Part shown: positions 1 to 12,461 of the stretch, piece after piece
Layout of the letters: each line of letters begins with the position of its first letter
Numbering within the stretch: the first letter of the stretch is position 1
Assembly: GCA_043228905.1 (NCBI GenBank)
Contig: JBHGNT010000002.1
Span: forward strand, 19,034,001-19,098,000
Source: Azolla caroliniana
Lineage: Eukaryota; Plantae; Polypodiophyta
Direction: 5' to 3'
DNA: 64,000 bases
Program-made: the position numbers and the translations under genes
Notes under the pieces: generated by a model
Database searches by the model: none
The model's input: the letters and a program-made list of their open reading frames with translations, nothing else
Told to the model about the DNA's origin: nothing

Positions 1-78
1 CACGTCGATCCATCACCATCCATCAAGATGACAAAAACAAACAAAGGAAACATTAGAAAGATAAACTCTGATACCAAC

Positions 79-531
79 TATTAGAGTTATGATCTAAAGT
101 AAGCATATGATAAGGATAAAAGATAGATAGATAGAAAGGAGAGAGAGAAAGAACGGTGCCGATCCACTCGACCACCTCCGAGCGGAGGGATCGAGACGGA
201 CTCGAGCCTCAATTGGCGTCCCATACCATTGTTGTGGCGTCGAGTCATACCTAGTGTTGGCGCATGCGCTACAAGAGTTGACCCACCACAAGAACATAGT
301 CTCGACGTAGTCAAAAGATGATCAAATGAGGGTGGTTAGGCCTCATATTTATAGCAAGACCCAAGGTCTCCAGGCAAGTTCACACTTGGCCTAAGGGGTT
401 GTCTCAATCCCGAGGATTAAAAGTAATCCTCCCCTTCTTTACACTCTTGTTTAACCCACACACTTATCCATGTGTATAGAATACTACGGTAAATTCTCAC
501 CACGGGATATTATATGGTCATGCTCGTAACA
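79..531 (-). mobile_element. 5' LTR of a minus-strand Gypsy element continuing left of the window; tRNA-Met PBS at 66-76
   Basis: CTCTGATACCA (reverse complement of PBS TGGTATCAGAG) at 66-76; ends ...GTAACA at 531; clearly similar to the LTR at 47682-48136. Confidence 0.8.
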
Positions 532-1861
532 CAATGCCAACCGATCTCCACACCCTTGGAACGGAACCTGAAGCTACGTCCCAACTCTGGCCCGGCCTGC
601 GATGAGAAACGGTTCTGACAAATTGTCAGAAGCCTTATATACTTGACGATCATCCGACCCGACATCAGTTATCCAGTCGGGGTGATCAACCAGTTTATGC
701 AGAAGCCGACCATGGAGCACCTTCAGTGCGCTCATCAACTATTGCGATATGTGAGCGGCATGAAGGACCGGGGACTGTTATACCGACACAGTATAGATGG
801 GAAGCTAGACGGTTATATCGATGCCGACTGGGTTGGTGATGCATCAGATCGCCGATCCACCTCCGGTTACATGTTTCTCTTGGTAGCGTGGATGTTTTGC
901 ATGGAATAGCAAAATGCATGGCTCTATCGAGCACTTAGGCTGAGTACCGGGGCGCTACCATTGCCACCTATCAAGCCATCTGGCTTTGGCGACTACTGCA
1001 AGACCTTCAGATCGAGGTGTCGACCTTGATCCTAATCTACTGTGACAACGTAAGCAACATACAGCTCGCTAAGAACCCTGTATTCCATGCTCGGACAAAG
1101 CACATAGAGGTGCATTATCACTTTAATCGTGAGTGGGTCCTGAGTGGTGAAGTTGAACTTTGGTATGTTCATACGGATCGGCAGGTTGCCGACATCTTCA
1201 CCAAGCCGCTCGAATCAGACAAGTTGCAACACTTTTCCGAAATGCTAGGTCTACAGCATCTCGACGTGCCGCACTTGAGGGAGAGAACGGATGGCACCAG
1301 ACAAGGAGTCAAAGATGAAGAATGAACCAAGGGGGGAGACGAGCAGAAAAAGGAGGCTGAGGCGAGCAAAGGAGTCGGCAATCTGAACAAGTTGGAGCAA
1401 GTGGCAGCGGCGGCAGAGTCATGAAGGACAGAGTTATTTGAAAAAAGGCTAAGACCCGGACGTGGTCCGATGTGGTAAAGGGCCTAAAAATGGAAGACAA
1501 GTTGGAGACTACCAACTTGGACAAGAGCTGGAACGAAATGGAGGAAGCGGATTCGGAAGAGCCAGATCAACTAAAGGCCAAGTAGACGAGAAGGCAGCGG
1601 AAGTCGACACCGACATAGAGGAACCGATGGGTCAACAAGTGCTACAATTATAGCAGCGAAGGAGCTGAGATGGGCTTCCTGAGCAAACAAGCTGACCAAG
1701 GAGGTCGAGGTGTGCAGAACCAGACGGGTCGTGGGAATCAGAACCAGACTAGACGAGGAGCACGAGTTAGGCGGGAGTATGTCAAAAGGAACCGGAGGAA
1801 AGGACCGACTACTATAGACACTGACACCACGATCCGACCTCAAATTAAGCTTGAGGGGGAG
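532..1861 (+). pseudogene. pol: Copia family A, degenerate RT C-terminus/RNase H plus 3' extension and PPT
   Basis: ORF fragments RPDISYPVG, YIDADWVGD...RRSTSGY, YCDN...NPVFHARTKHIEVHYHF, QVADIFTK; frameshifts; PPT TTGAGGGGGAG at 1851-1861. Confidence 0.9.
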
Positions 1862-2304
1862 TTTTGAGCGAGCAAGCTGAACTGTATCCGGATTGGCTGA
1901 ACAAGCCTGAACCGGATCAATGTCCGGGTGGTATCCGGAACCATGAGCCAGATCGGAGAAACGAATCGGAGAGCCGGATTCAAATGTGAACCGGAAGGTT
2001 AGTAGTAGCCTATACTCCTAGACTACTAGGTAGTCAGAGTCCTCGTAGTTAGTGCCAGCCACTCGTATGAGCATTGAAGTACATAGTACTTCTATCAGTC
2101 CTTTTCAGGACTTGTATAAATAGTGTTGTTTAGCAAGTTGTATAAGAAGAAGAAAATACATAGTGTTATTTTTTAATAGAGTTTATGTTCTGCTCTCTCT
2201 GCCTCTCCCTAAACCCTCTCAAGCTTCCATTGAACCTGTGTTTTATTCTCTGTTGCTGCCCGGCTAAACCGGTTTTGTCAAGCTTTCGCATGCTAACTTT
2301 TACA
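1862..2304 (+). mobile_element. 3' LTR of Copia family A copy 1
   Basis: Follows the PPT; has a TATAAATA box; ends TTTTACA; its ends match the reverse complements of LTR pieces at 4988-5201 and 11597-11880. Confidence 0.75.
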
Positions 2305-4987
2305 ACAATTGTCTTTTCCTCCATGAAGACAATGTCACGTCTCCTAATCGTTTTCTTCTTGGCTAAGTTCCATAGCCGATAGCCAAATTCATCATCGTTG
2401 TAGCCGAGAAATATGCATGGCCAAGATTTCGGGTCCAATTTCCCCCTTTGGTCCTTGACACCTTTGCCACATGCACATAGGCAAGACAACCAACCACCCT
2501 CAGATGTCGGTACGAGACATCTTTGCCGCCCCACACCCTTTGTGGAATTTTACTAACCAAGGGTACTGAGGGTGATCGATTTATCACATACGCCGTCATT
2601 AGCGCCTCAACCCAAAACGTCTTCGGTAACTTTGTATGTGCAAGCATACTTTGAACCCTCTCCATTACAGTCCAATTCATTCTCTCGGCCAGCCTGTTAA
2701 GCTCTGGCGTCTTCGGCACGGTATACTCAAGCCAGATTCCCTGTGCTCAACAATATTCTTCGAACGGTCTGCATACTCTCCGCCATTATCCGCTCGGACT
2801 ACCTTCAGTTTTCAGCTGGTTTCCCTCTTGGCCCTCGTCTTCAACACAGAAGCCCAAAACTTTCGGCTATAGTCGTCAATGAAGGTCATGAAATACTATG
2901 AACCACCATGCAACTTTGTGTTGACATAGCATACGTCCGTATGCACGAGTTCCAGCGGAACTTTCTTCCTCATCGGGGGCCTCGATCAGAAAGTGGTTCT
3001 ATTCTGTTTGTCGGCCAGACAATGGACACACTTATCCAGATGCACTTTCTTTACCTCCGGTAGGAGTTTCTTTTCGGCTAGCATTTGTATTCCCTTCTAG
3101 CTCATGTGGCACAGCCTCTTATGACCCAACTCACCCACTCTGTCGACTGCCACGTTCACTTCCCTCGACATAATCGAGCATTCATTATATATAGAGTGCT
3201 AGTTTTCGATCGAGCCACGATCAGGCTCCCGTTGCAGAACTTCATGACATCGTTCTGGATGCTACCCATGTAGCCTTCATCATCCATCGGACCGGCTAAT
3301 ATCAGGTTCAGTCGAACTTCCGGATTGTGCCGAACATCTCTCGACGCAAGTTTGCACCCAATTGAGGTCACCAAACACACATCTCCAATGCCGAAAATTC
3401 GGCATGCTCCTTCATTTCCCATCTTTACAAATCTGAGATCTCCGACTCTATAGGATGAGAAGCACTTTCGGTCAGGGGTTAGGTGAAACGATGCACCCGA
3501 ATCGACCACCCATGTCGATTCTTCGCCTACGAGATTCACTTCGTTTTGCTTACTAATGAGCAACAATTCCTCCTCACTCGCGGCGATTGCTAAGGTGTTC
3601 TTCCTGTCCGGGATTTTCTTCGGCTCTACACCATCAGCTCCCCCTTTCTCCTTTCGAAAGTGTCGGCAATTTTTTTGGAAGTGCCCCGACTTCCCACAAT
3701 AGAAGCACTAGGCCTTCCCCTCGACTTCGACCTGGTCCCCGACTTATCTCGGTTCTGGGGACTTCGATTTCGGTTTCTTCCCTGAATCGTGTCACCTTCC
3801 ATGACTAAGGCCTTTTGGTGGGTATTGGACTCTCGGTCCTTCCGGCGAGCTTCTTCATTCAGCAAGCTTGACTTCACCTACTCTAGGGATAGATGCTTCC
3901 CTTCAGGCCCGATGTGGCCCAATGTGACAACGAGCGTTTCCCAGTTATCCGGAAGGGATCCCAGCAACAATAATGCTAATACCTTGTCTACCAAAGGTAC
4001 TTCTAGAGAGGCAGTTTGGTTCATCAATCCTTGGAAGGCATTGATGTGGTCCACCATACTGGAGCCATCCTGATACCGGAGTCTCATGATTTTTCGAAAT
4101 ACTGAGACTTGGATCACGACGTTCTTGTTTACGAACATGATGCTGATCTTTTTCCATAGGATGTTCGCTTCTATTTCTTCACCGAAGTTGTTGTATAGAC
4201 TCATGTCTATAAAACACCTTATATATGTGGCCGCCTTCAGATGCAACAATTCCCAAGTCATTGCATCGAACTTGTCTAGTCTTTTATCTCCGAACTACAC
4301 TGGCAACCAGAGGTCTTTGCACACGAGCATGTCCCGCATCTTCGACTTCCACATTGAATAGTTGGAGCCGGTTAACTTGAATATGCCTTCGAATGAGTCT
4401 TCCATTGCTCTAATACCAGTTTGTTTAGAATCAACCGGCCACAACCGGTTTCACGTTCGTATGCTGGTGCAAAGAAACGAGTGAAATAGATACACAAACA
4501 AAACGAGCAAAAAACAGAATGAACAGAGACACAAATGTTTAACGTGGAAACCCAAACTAGAAAAAACCACAGGGTCCACAAAACCCAAAACATATCACTA
4601 TAGTAGAGAGGAGTACAATAAGAAACCCGTAGGAAACGACCTCGAGATCTTCTTCGTCAACAGATGGTTGTAGAGTTACACTCTAACTCTCACACACTCT
4701 CTCGCTTGCTCACTCTGTCTTACACAGTTATAGAGGCTACTACCTTCTTGTGACTCACAACCTAATCATGCAACAATAATCTACAACTACATAAATTTTG
4801 CCCTAGTTGTATATATACTTATACAACTTTATTGCTATTTACATACATAGCCCACATGGGGCACATTTCGACTATTTACAATAATAGTCTCCCGAGTTGG
4901 CTATATCCTCTATTTCGATTTCGGCCGAGCCCGATACTCATCAACTTGGCTCTTCTCTTCCCATCCGGAGGGACGTGTTTCCCAACA
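2305..4987 (-). mobile_element. Tnt1-like Copia element, 5' half (LTR 4422-4987, PBS about 4408-4418, degenerate gag-protease-integrase 4405-2305)
   Basis: Gag start MEDSFEGIFKLTGSNY, LLLGSLPDNWETLV, WVVDSGASFHL, PELNRLAERMN, KLDPKS.PCIFLGY; CTCTAATACCA PBS; LTR TG...CA. Confidence 0.88.
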
Positions 4988-6504
4988 TAATGCTCATAGG
5001 AGTGACTGACACCGACTCCCAAAAATATGCCTACATACTAGGCTAGATTCGTAGGCCTCTAACGGCCTATAGGTTCCAATCTGATCCATCTCTCCGATCT
5101 GGCTCTTGGTTCCGGATACCTATCCAGTTCTCCGTTCCGGATATCGATCTGGCTCTAGCTTATTCAGCCGATGTAGATCCGATTGAGCTTGTCTGCTCAA
5201 CACTCCCCCTCAAGCTCAACTTGAGGTCAGATCGCAGTGTCAATGTTAGTGGTAGTTGGTTCTCTCCTCCGGCTCCCTTTGGCGTCCTCCTACCTAGCTT
5301 GCGCTCCTCGTCCGGTCTAGTTCGGCTTCCTGCGACGCATCTGGTTCAACGCATCTTGACCTTCTCGGTCAGCTTGTTTGCTCCTTCGGCCCTTATCAAC
5401 TCTCGTACTGTCACGGTGCTGGCGCCATTGGACCCATTGGCTCCTCCATCTCGGCATCAACTTCGGCTGCCTTTTAGTCTGCTTGGCCTTCAGTTGATTC
5501 GGCTCCTCCGAATCGAACTCCTATTCAGAATCGGTTGCCTCCGATTCGTTCCAGCTCTTGTCTGAATTGGTTGTTTCCAATTCTTCATTAGTCTTCAAGC
5601 CCTTCACCACATCAAACCATGTGCGGGTCTTGGCCTTCTCGTTCTGGTCAAGTCTGTCTTTCTTAACTCTACCGCCATCGCCGCTTGTTCTAACTTCTTT
5701 GGATGTGCTAACTTCTTTAGTCGAGTCGGCTTCCTTTTTCTTCTTGTCTCCCCCTACTTCAGTTGTTTCCTTCTCTCCGACTGCTTGTCCGGTGTCATGC
5801 AGTTCTTCACACACGATAGGAAAAATAATGAAATAATTATTTTAGATGAGCTTAATGGCTTGGTATAAAAAGATAGATATCTTCAAGAGCTTGTAAATGC
5901 ATTTTACTAAATATAAAATGGACAACTACATATCAAGTTATGTAAGTATGAAGCTTGAGAAGATGGGGCAATAGAATTTTAAGATATTCCACATAGACAG
6001 GAAAATTTCCGATCCAACAGTATACCCAAACCCCGTTAGTTTATATGTGTGCTTGGAGCACTAAACGGTCAAGGTGATTCGGGCCGAAGTATTCGGGTGG
6101 ATGGATGAGACTGAATTGCTCAGAATGGTTTTGGAACCGGACGAATGCGGACCGGACCAGTCGGGATGCGGGACGGTTGGGATGCGCAGATCGCTCGGTC
6201 ATGATGCACGGATCAAGCGGGACGACTGTACAGATCATGCACAGGTCGAACCATATCGATGCATGCATCTAAAATAAGGTCATGCAACCTAAGTAAGGTA
6301 ATGTGTGGACGCATGCAACTCAAAAGAGAGGCCATGCAACTAAAGTAAGGTTATGCATGAACATTATTATTAGAAGAAAAAGCATGAAGTCTATCATTAG
6401 AAAAAGCATGGATTGCCATGTGCTAAGTCTCCCATCACTATATAAAGGGGAAAAGCACAATGTAATTGGGGGGATATAATTTTTTTTCTAGTGATTTTGG
6501 GAAG

Positions 6505-7290
6505 ATATCTCTCGCATAAACCCTAATTTTCCTTACGGAAGCCATCTCTCGCATAAACCCTAATTTTCTTATTGAATCCATCTCTCGCATAAACCATAAA
6601 CTCTCTTAGGGATCGAATCCATCTCGCCCATAAACCCTAAACTCTCTTAGGAATCGAATCCATCTCTCGCATAAACCCTAAACTCTCTTAGGGATCGAAC
6701 CCATCTCTCGAATAAACCCTAATTTTTTTTCTTATCTAAATCATATCGCAAAAACCCTAATCTTCTATAATCCCAATCTTGGGATAGATTGTAATTTTTC
6801 TTTTTCTTTGCTAATGAAATTTATCAACTTTCTCATTTCCGTTAATTCTTAAAAATAAACGCATGAATTTGATATCCTTTGGTCAGAGGCCTCGGGGTCC
6901 TGCCTCAAGTTCACGTATCTTCGTCGTATTTTCATCCATAGATCCTAATGGTCCTTAGGGGGATCAAAGCCATCTTTTGGGAAAAAACCCTAAATTTCTG
7001 ATCAAAGCCATAAACCCTAAATTTCTGATCGAAGCCATAAACCCTAATTTCCTTATTGAAGCCATAACACTGAAGAACCCTAATTTTTTTATCGAAGCCA
7101 TATTTTTGGGAATAAACCCTAATTTCCTTATCGAACCCATCTTTTGAATGAACCCTAATAATTTTCCTTACCAAAGCCATATCACCCTAAAACCTTAATT
7201 TTCCTTACCAAAGCCATATCTCTAAAAAACCCTAATTTTTCTTTTCTATTAATCTCAGTAAACCTATAACTTTTGAATCCCAATCTTGGG
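6505..7290. repeat. Degenerate 30-40 bp tandem repeats built on AAACCCTAA (telobox-like), in a segment (about 5809-7332) that interrupts Copia copy 2
   Basis: Repeated CATCTCTCGCATAAACCCTAA and GAAGCCATAAACCCTAA units downstream of a TATATAAA box near 6438. Confidence 0.75.
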
Positions 7291-7332
7291 ATAGATTGTA
7301 ACTTTCACGAAGGCCCTTGCAGTCTGTCGATG

Positions 7333-10300
7333 GCAATCTATCGATCTGTCTGGACATACCAGAGTTCCATTTCACCATTGAGGACCCGCTCGCGCACAAA
7401 GTGATAATGCACTTCTATGTGCTTTGTCCGAGCATGGAACATAGGGTTCTTGGCTAGCTGCATGTTGCTCATGTTGTCACAGTAGATTGAGATCAGAGTC
7501 GGTACTTCAATCCAGAGGTCTTGCAACAGCCACCGAAGCCAAATGGCTTCACAGGTGGCAATGGTAGCACCACGATACTCAGCCTCACTGCTCGAAAGAG
7601 CCACAATCGGCTGCTTTTTGCTTCTCCACGCTACCTAGAGAGAACATGAATCCGGAAGTGGATCCTCAATCCAACGCATCTCCGATCCAATCGGCATCTG
7701 TATAGCTGACTAGCTTCTCGGTTATACTACTTCGATATAACAGTCACTGGTCCTTAGTGCTGCTAACATACCTCAATATTTGGTGGGTGCACTGAAGGTG
7801 CTCCATAGTCGGCTTCTGGATGAACTAACTTGTCACTTTGACCGGATAATTAAGGTCGGCTCGGGTGATTGTCAAATAAATAAGGCTTCCGACAATTTGT
7901 CGGAACTGTTTCTCATCACAAGCCGGTCCGGAGTCAGGACGAAGCTTTAGGTTCCGGTCCAGGGGTATGGAGACTGCTCGACAATCCTTCATGCCGAACT
8001 TGTACAACATATTCAACAGATAATGTCATTGAGATAACAATATGCCGTCGGGGGTATGGACCACTTTGATCCTGAGGAAGTAATGAAGGTCCCCCAGGTC
8101 CTTCATTTGAAAAGCATCCGATAACTGGGACTTCACTTGGCCGATTTGAGCAAGGTTGAGTTCGGTGATGACTAGATCATCCACTTATAACAAGATACAT
8201 ATCGAACCTTCCGGACCTTTCCTGATGAATAACGAAGAGTCCGACTTTGAGGCCGCAAACCCCATCTTACGCAATCAGTGCGTGATCTTCGAATTCCAAG
8301 CACGGGGGGCTTGCTTCAGGCCGTAAAGGGACTTCTTGAGCCAGCACACTGGCGACTTATTCATCTCCGACTGAAAACCGGGGGGTTGGATCATGTAGAC
8401 TTGTTCTTCAAGGTCGCCTTGAAGAAACGCATTCTTCACGTCCATTTGGTGAAGATGACATCCCCTTGCCACAGCAACCGCTAGCACCACACAAACCGTC
8501 ATCATCTTCGCTACCGGAGCAAAGGTCTCGTCGTAGTCAATTCTGTGGGTCTGCGCATATCCTTTGGCCACTAACCGGTCTTTGTACTAGTTGACCGAAC
8601 CATCAGCCTTATACTTTACGTTGAACACCCACTTGCAACCGAACAGTTTGCAATGTAAGGGAGGGTCAACCAGGTTCCATGTGTCGTTGGCATCAAGTGG
8701 ATGCATCTCTTCCTCCATAGCGGCCCGCCAATGTGCGTCCTTTGCCACTTTTGTGTAGCTCTCCGGTTCATGCACCGCCGTCACTTTCGTCATGTAGACA
8801 TAGTGATGCGCCATGCATTTATTATATTCGTACCTTTTAACGGGGTCTTCTGGCCGGTCGATCGGCGTAGCTTCACGTTAGCCGATTGTAAGGCCCTCTT
8901 GGTCAGCTTGGGCTTCGTTCTCAAAGGTCCATCTCTAGAGTTGGTCTCGCTCCGATCCGACTCTTCTCTTCCAGTGTCGTACTCCGGCATTTTCTTCTTC
9001 CCCTTCTCTTTGCGCATGAACCGTCTCCTCGGTTCCTTGCACCGGGAGAGCACGACTGAGTCTCCACTACTCGCCGGCTCTTCATTTGACTGGTCATTCC
9101 GACTCAGTCGCTCATTCGACCCACTTAGCCAAAATGAGATCGATCTCTCATCTAGAGTACCAAATCTTGCTTCATCTTCTACCTGGATCATTTCGGGCTC
9201 ACTGGCCTCATCCTCCGGAATCGGGTTGGAGTTAGTAGAGAGTACCATGATGCTGACTCATCAAATTTGATATCTTGGCTTACTCTTACTTGCTTGGTCC
9301 GGGGGTAGTAGCACTTATACCCCTTCTGTTCATGTGAATAGTTGACAAGGATGCACTTCTCCAACTTCGGCTCCAACTTTCTCCGCTTCTCATCCGGCAC
9401 ATGCACATATGCAATGCTACCGAATATCTTAAGGTGTCTTAAATTCGGCTTCCGCCTGAAATACAGCTTGTATGCTGACACCTAATCCCCGATCCGGTCT
9501 TGGACGTAGACGACCGTCCGGACCGCTTCAGCCCAGTAGAACTTAGGCATGCTCTTCTCTTCCAGCATTACTTGTACCGCCTGCACAATTGACTGGTTCT
9601 TCCTTTCAGCCACACTGTTTTGTTCCGGTGTGTATCTGTAGCTGAATTCCCTCCGAATTCCTTTCTGTTGCAGATAACTATTGAATTGGCTAGAAAAATA
9701 TTCTTTTCCACCATCTAACTGCAAGCACTTGATCTTCCTCTCTGTTTCCCGTTCTACAAGACATTGTAGATCCTGGAAACAGTCAAAAACTCGCTTTTCC
9801 TTTTGATTAGGTAGATCCATATGTGTCGGGTTGTAGTCGTCGATGAAGGAGACAAAATATTGGCTCCCGCCAAGACTAATGTTCTGTGTCGGTCCCCATA
9901 CATCGGAATGTATTAGATCGAGCTTGTTATGGCTCTGGGTTCTTTCGGTGGGGAACGGAAGCCGGTGTTGCTTCCCGAGCTGGCAGGCTTCACAAATTTG
10001 GGCCTTCCCCGCCGCTAAATTTTGGCAATCCCAAAACAACCTATTTCGATTGCAAGTCTTGAAGCCTCTAATAGTTGACGTGGCCGATCCTCTTGTGCCA
10101 TAGGTCGATATCTAATTGGACCTTCTGTCCTTTTGCGAACATAGTGGTGTCGATATCGTTGGTGTTGAGGATAAACATCCTCCCATCCTAGCGCCCTTGC
10201 ACAATAATCTGGCCCTCTTCCTCAATGAAGCACCCGAGGTCGGTAAACCGCACCTACATCCCTTGGTCGACGATCTGCCCAATCGACACTAGGTTCTTTG

Positions 10301-11499
10301 TGATTGTCGGGACATGTAGTACGTTCATCAACTTTCCCTTTTGTCCAACATGGATTAAAGGGACTTCTCTGACATGCACAATCGGGTGAGGAGTGTCGTC
10401 TCTAGTTTCGAAAACTCTCGGTTGCTCCAGCTTTTCCAGAAATGAGAACCACTCTTCATGGCTCGTCATGTGGTTTGATGCTCAGGAGTCAACGTACCAC
10501 ACTTCCTCTGATCCGGACCTGATCTTCTTAATCAAGTTTGTGTTGTGCTTCATCAAAGGTTGGCCCTGGTCCGGTCTTTCCAGTGTCGGATCCTTTCGAT
10601 CCTTTTGTGTGCAATGCGAGCTTTGCCGGTTTCCTTGTCCTATTTTACCAGATCTAGATTTATTTGAATGGGTGTGCTTCTTCCAACACTCACTCTCTCT
10701 GTGACCCTTCCGGCCACAGTACCAACATTTCGTTGCAGTCTTCTCTTGCCGATTTCCGGCACCGCTTTGACTCCCCCTGCTTGTGGAGGGTCTGGAATTG
10801 TTGTCAACACCATCCTTGTGCCTTTGGTTTTGCTCTTGTCAGCCGATTCCATCGTGTGCCAATCCGCCTCGTTCGCCACGACCATGGGGCCGATCCTCCT
10901 CCATGTACAACATCTTGTTGTCGGTGTGCCTACTCGTTGATGCACCCGCATGGTTCTCCTCTACAAGGAGCTCAATTGTAAGTTGAAAAACGAGGGAGTA
11001 TTCTCCCTTGTACAAACCGTCATTCGGAATACTCCGAACTTTGACTCCAAGCCCCTGAGACAAACCTGCACCATTTCATCTTCCTCGATGTTCACGTTGA
11101 TAGAGGAAAGTGAGTCGTAGATGTCTTTGATCCGGGCCGTATAGTCGGCCACCAACATGTCCTTCTGTCCGACATTGCTCAACTCCTGTCGGAGTTACAA
11201 CTTCTGGGCTATGGTGCTTGTGGGGAAGACCTTCTTTAGGTTTCCCCAAGCTTCCTTTGGTGTCCCGGATATGGTTCAACAATTGATCACTAACACTGGA
11301 CGTAAAGCAGTACATAACTTTGCTTGCCTCTTGTTCCCAAGTCGTGAAGTGCCGCATCAGGTTCCGTATCATTAGCTCCATTGACATAACTCCTGTAACC
11401 GTGCTCGAACAGGTACCGGCGCATCTTGTACGACCAAGATGCATAGTTGGATTTGTTGAGCTTTTCCATTGGGAGCGAGCTAGCCATTCCTCTGTCCAT
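7333..11499 (-). pseudogene. pol: Copia gag-pol with many frameshifts and stops
   Basis: [107 protein letters not shown]. Confidence 0.92.
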
Positions 11500-12461
11500 T
11501 CTAACCTTGTTTCTTGTTTTCTACCGAGTGTTAGGGTTTTTCTTCGGAAATCGCTCGTCAGTTGCAGAGGTTCTCAACCCTCACGCTTTGATACCATGTA
11601 AAAGAATACGATTGCGGAAGCTAAGACAAAACTGGCTCCTCCGACTACCTAAAGAATATAGACACAGGTTTAATGGAAACCTTACATAGGAGAGACAGAG
11701 AGAGCAGAATAGTAGAAACTTAATTAAATAATAATAACACTTTGTACATACAATGTGTTCAGTGAGCACGTTTATACAAGTCCTTACACGGACTGACAAA
11801 AGTACTAACATGTACTTTAATACTCATAGGAGTGACTGCCATTGACTCCCAAAAATATGCCTACGTACTAGGCTAGCTTCGAGTGACTATGATGATTGCA
11901 GAGACAGATTTAAATTAATCTTTTTATATTTCATCTAGCTGAGTGAAGCACAGATGAGGTTGCTCCTAAGGTGGGATCTTCTTTGAGTGGTTGTGACAAG
12001 CAAGTAGATAGTGTCTAACCTAGAAAAGCACGATCAAGGCCGATTTGATATTCCACTCTGAGTGGCTGCAATCACAGAAGCAAGGTATTGTCGACTAGCT
12101 TACCTTAAGACCGATCTAGCTGAATAGAGTGCAAATCTTCAGTTGTCTTTCTCTTCTCAAGATGAGATCTTGAACTCAGGGTCTTCAGGAAGACAAGGGC
12201 AAGAATGTCGTTGAAGACAGATGACAACCGACAATGAGTTATAGAACCTCGTGCTCTAATACTAGATGTTGGAGTCTGAGACCGTCAATGCGGAAACATA
12301 AATAGCACCTCGAGATGAAGATCACTGAGTTAGCAAGTGAAGGCAAGATCAAGAAGACAGAATGAAAAGAGAGATTGATAGACATCAAGATGTAATTGTA
12401 TTTGTTCAAACACTTAGTTACAACAACTGGAGGCAACAACCTTATGAGCTGGGTTACAAAG

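Larger units (their letters stand above)
4988..11880 (-). mobile_element. Copia family A copy 2, near full length but degenerate (partial 3' LTR 4988-5201, PPT 5202-5212, PBS 11586-11596, partial 5' LTR from 11597)
   Basis: CTCCCCCTCAA PPT complement; CTTTGATACCA PBS complement; LTR pieces match each other around 4992-5050 and 11823-11880. Confidence 0.85.
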
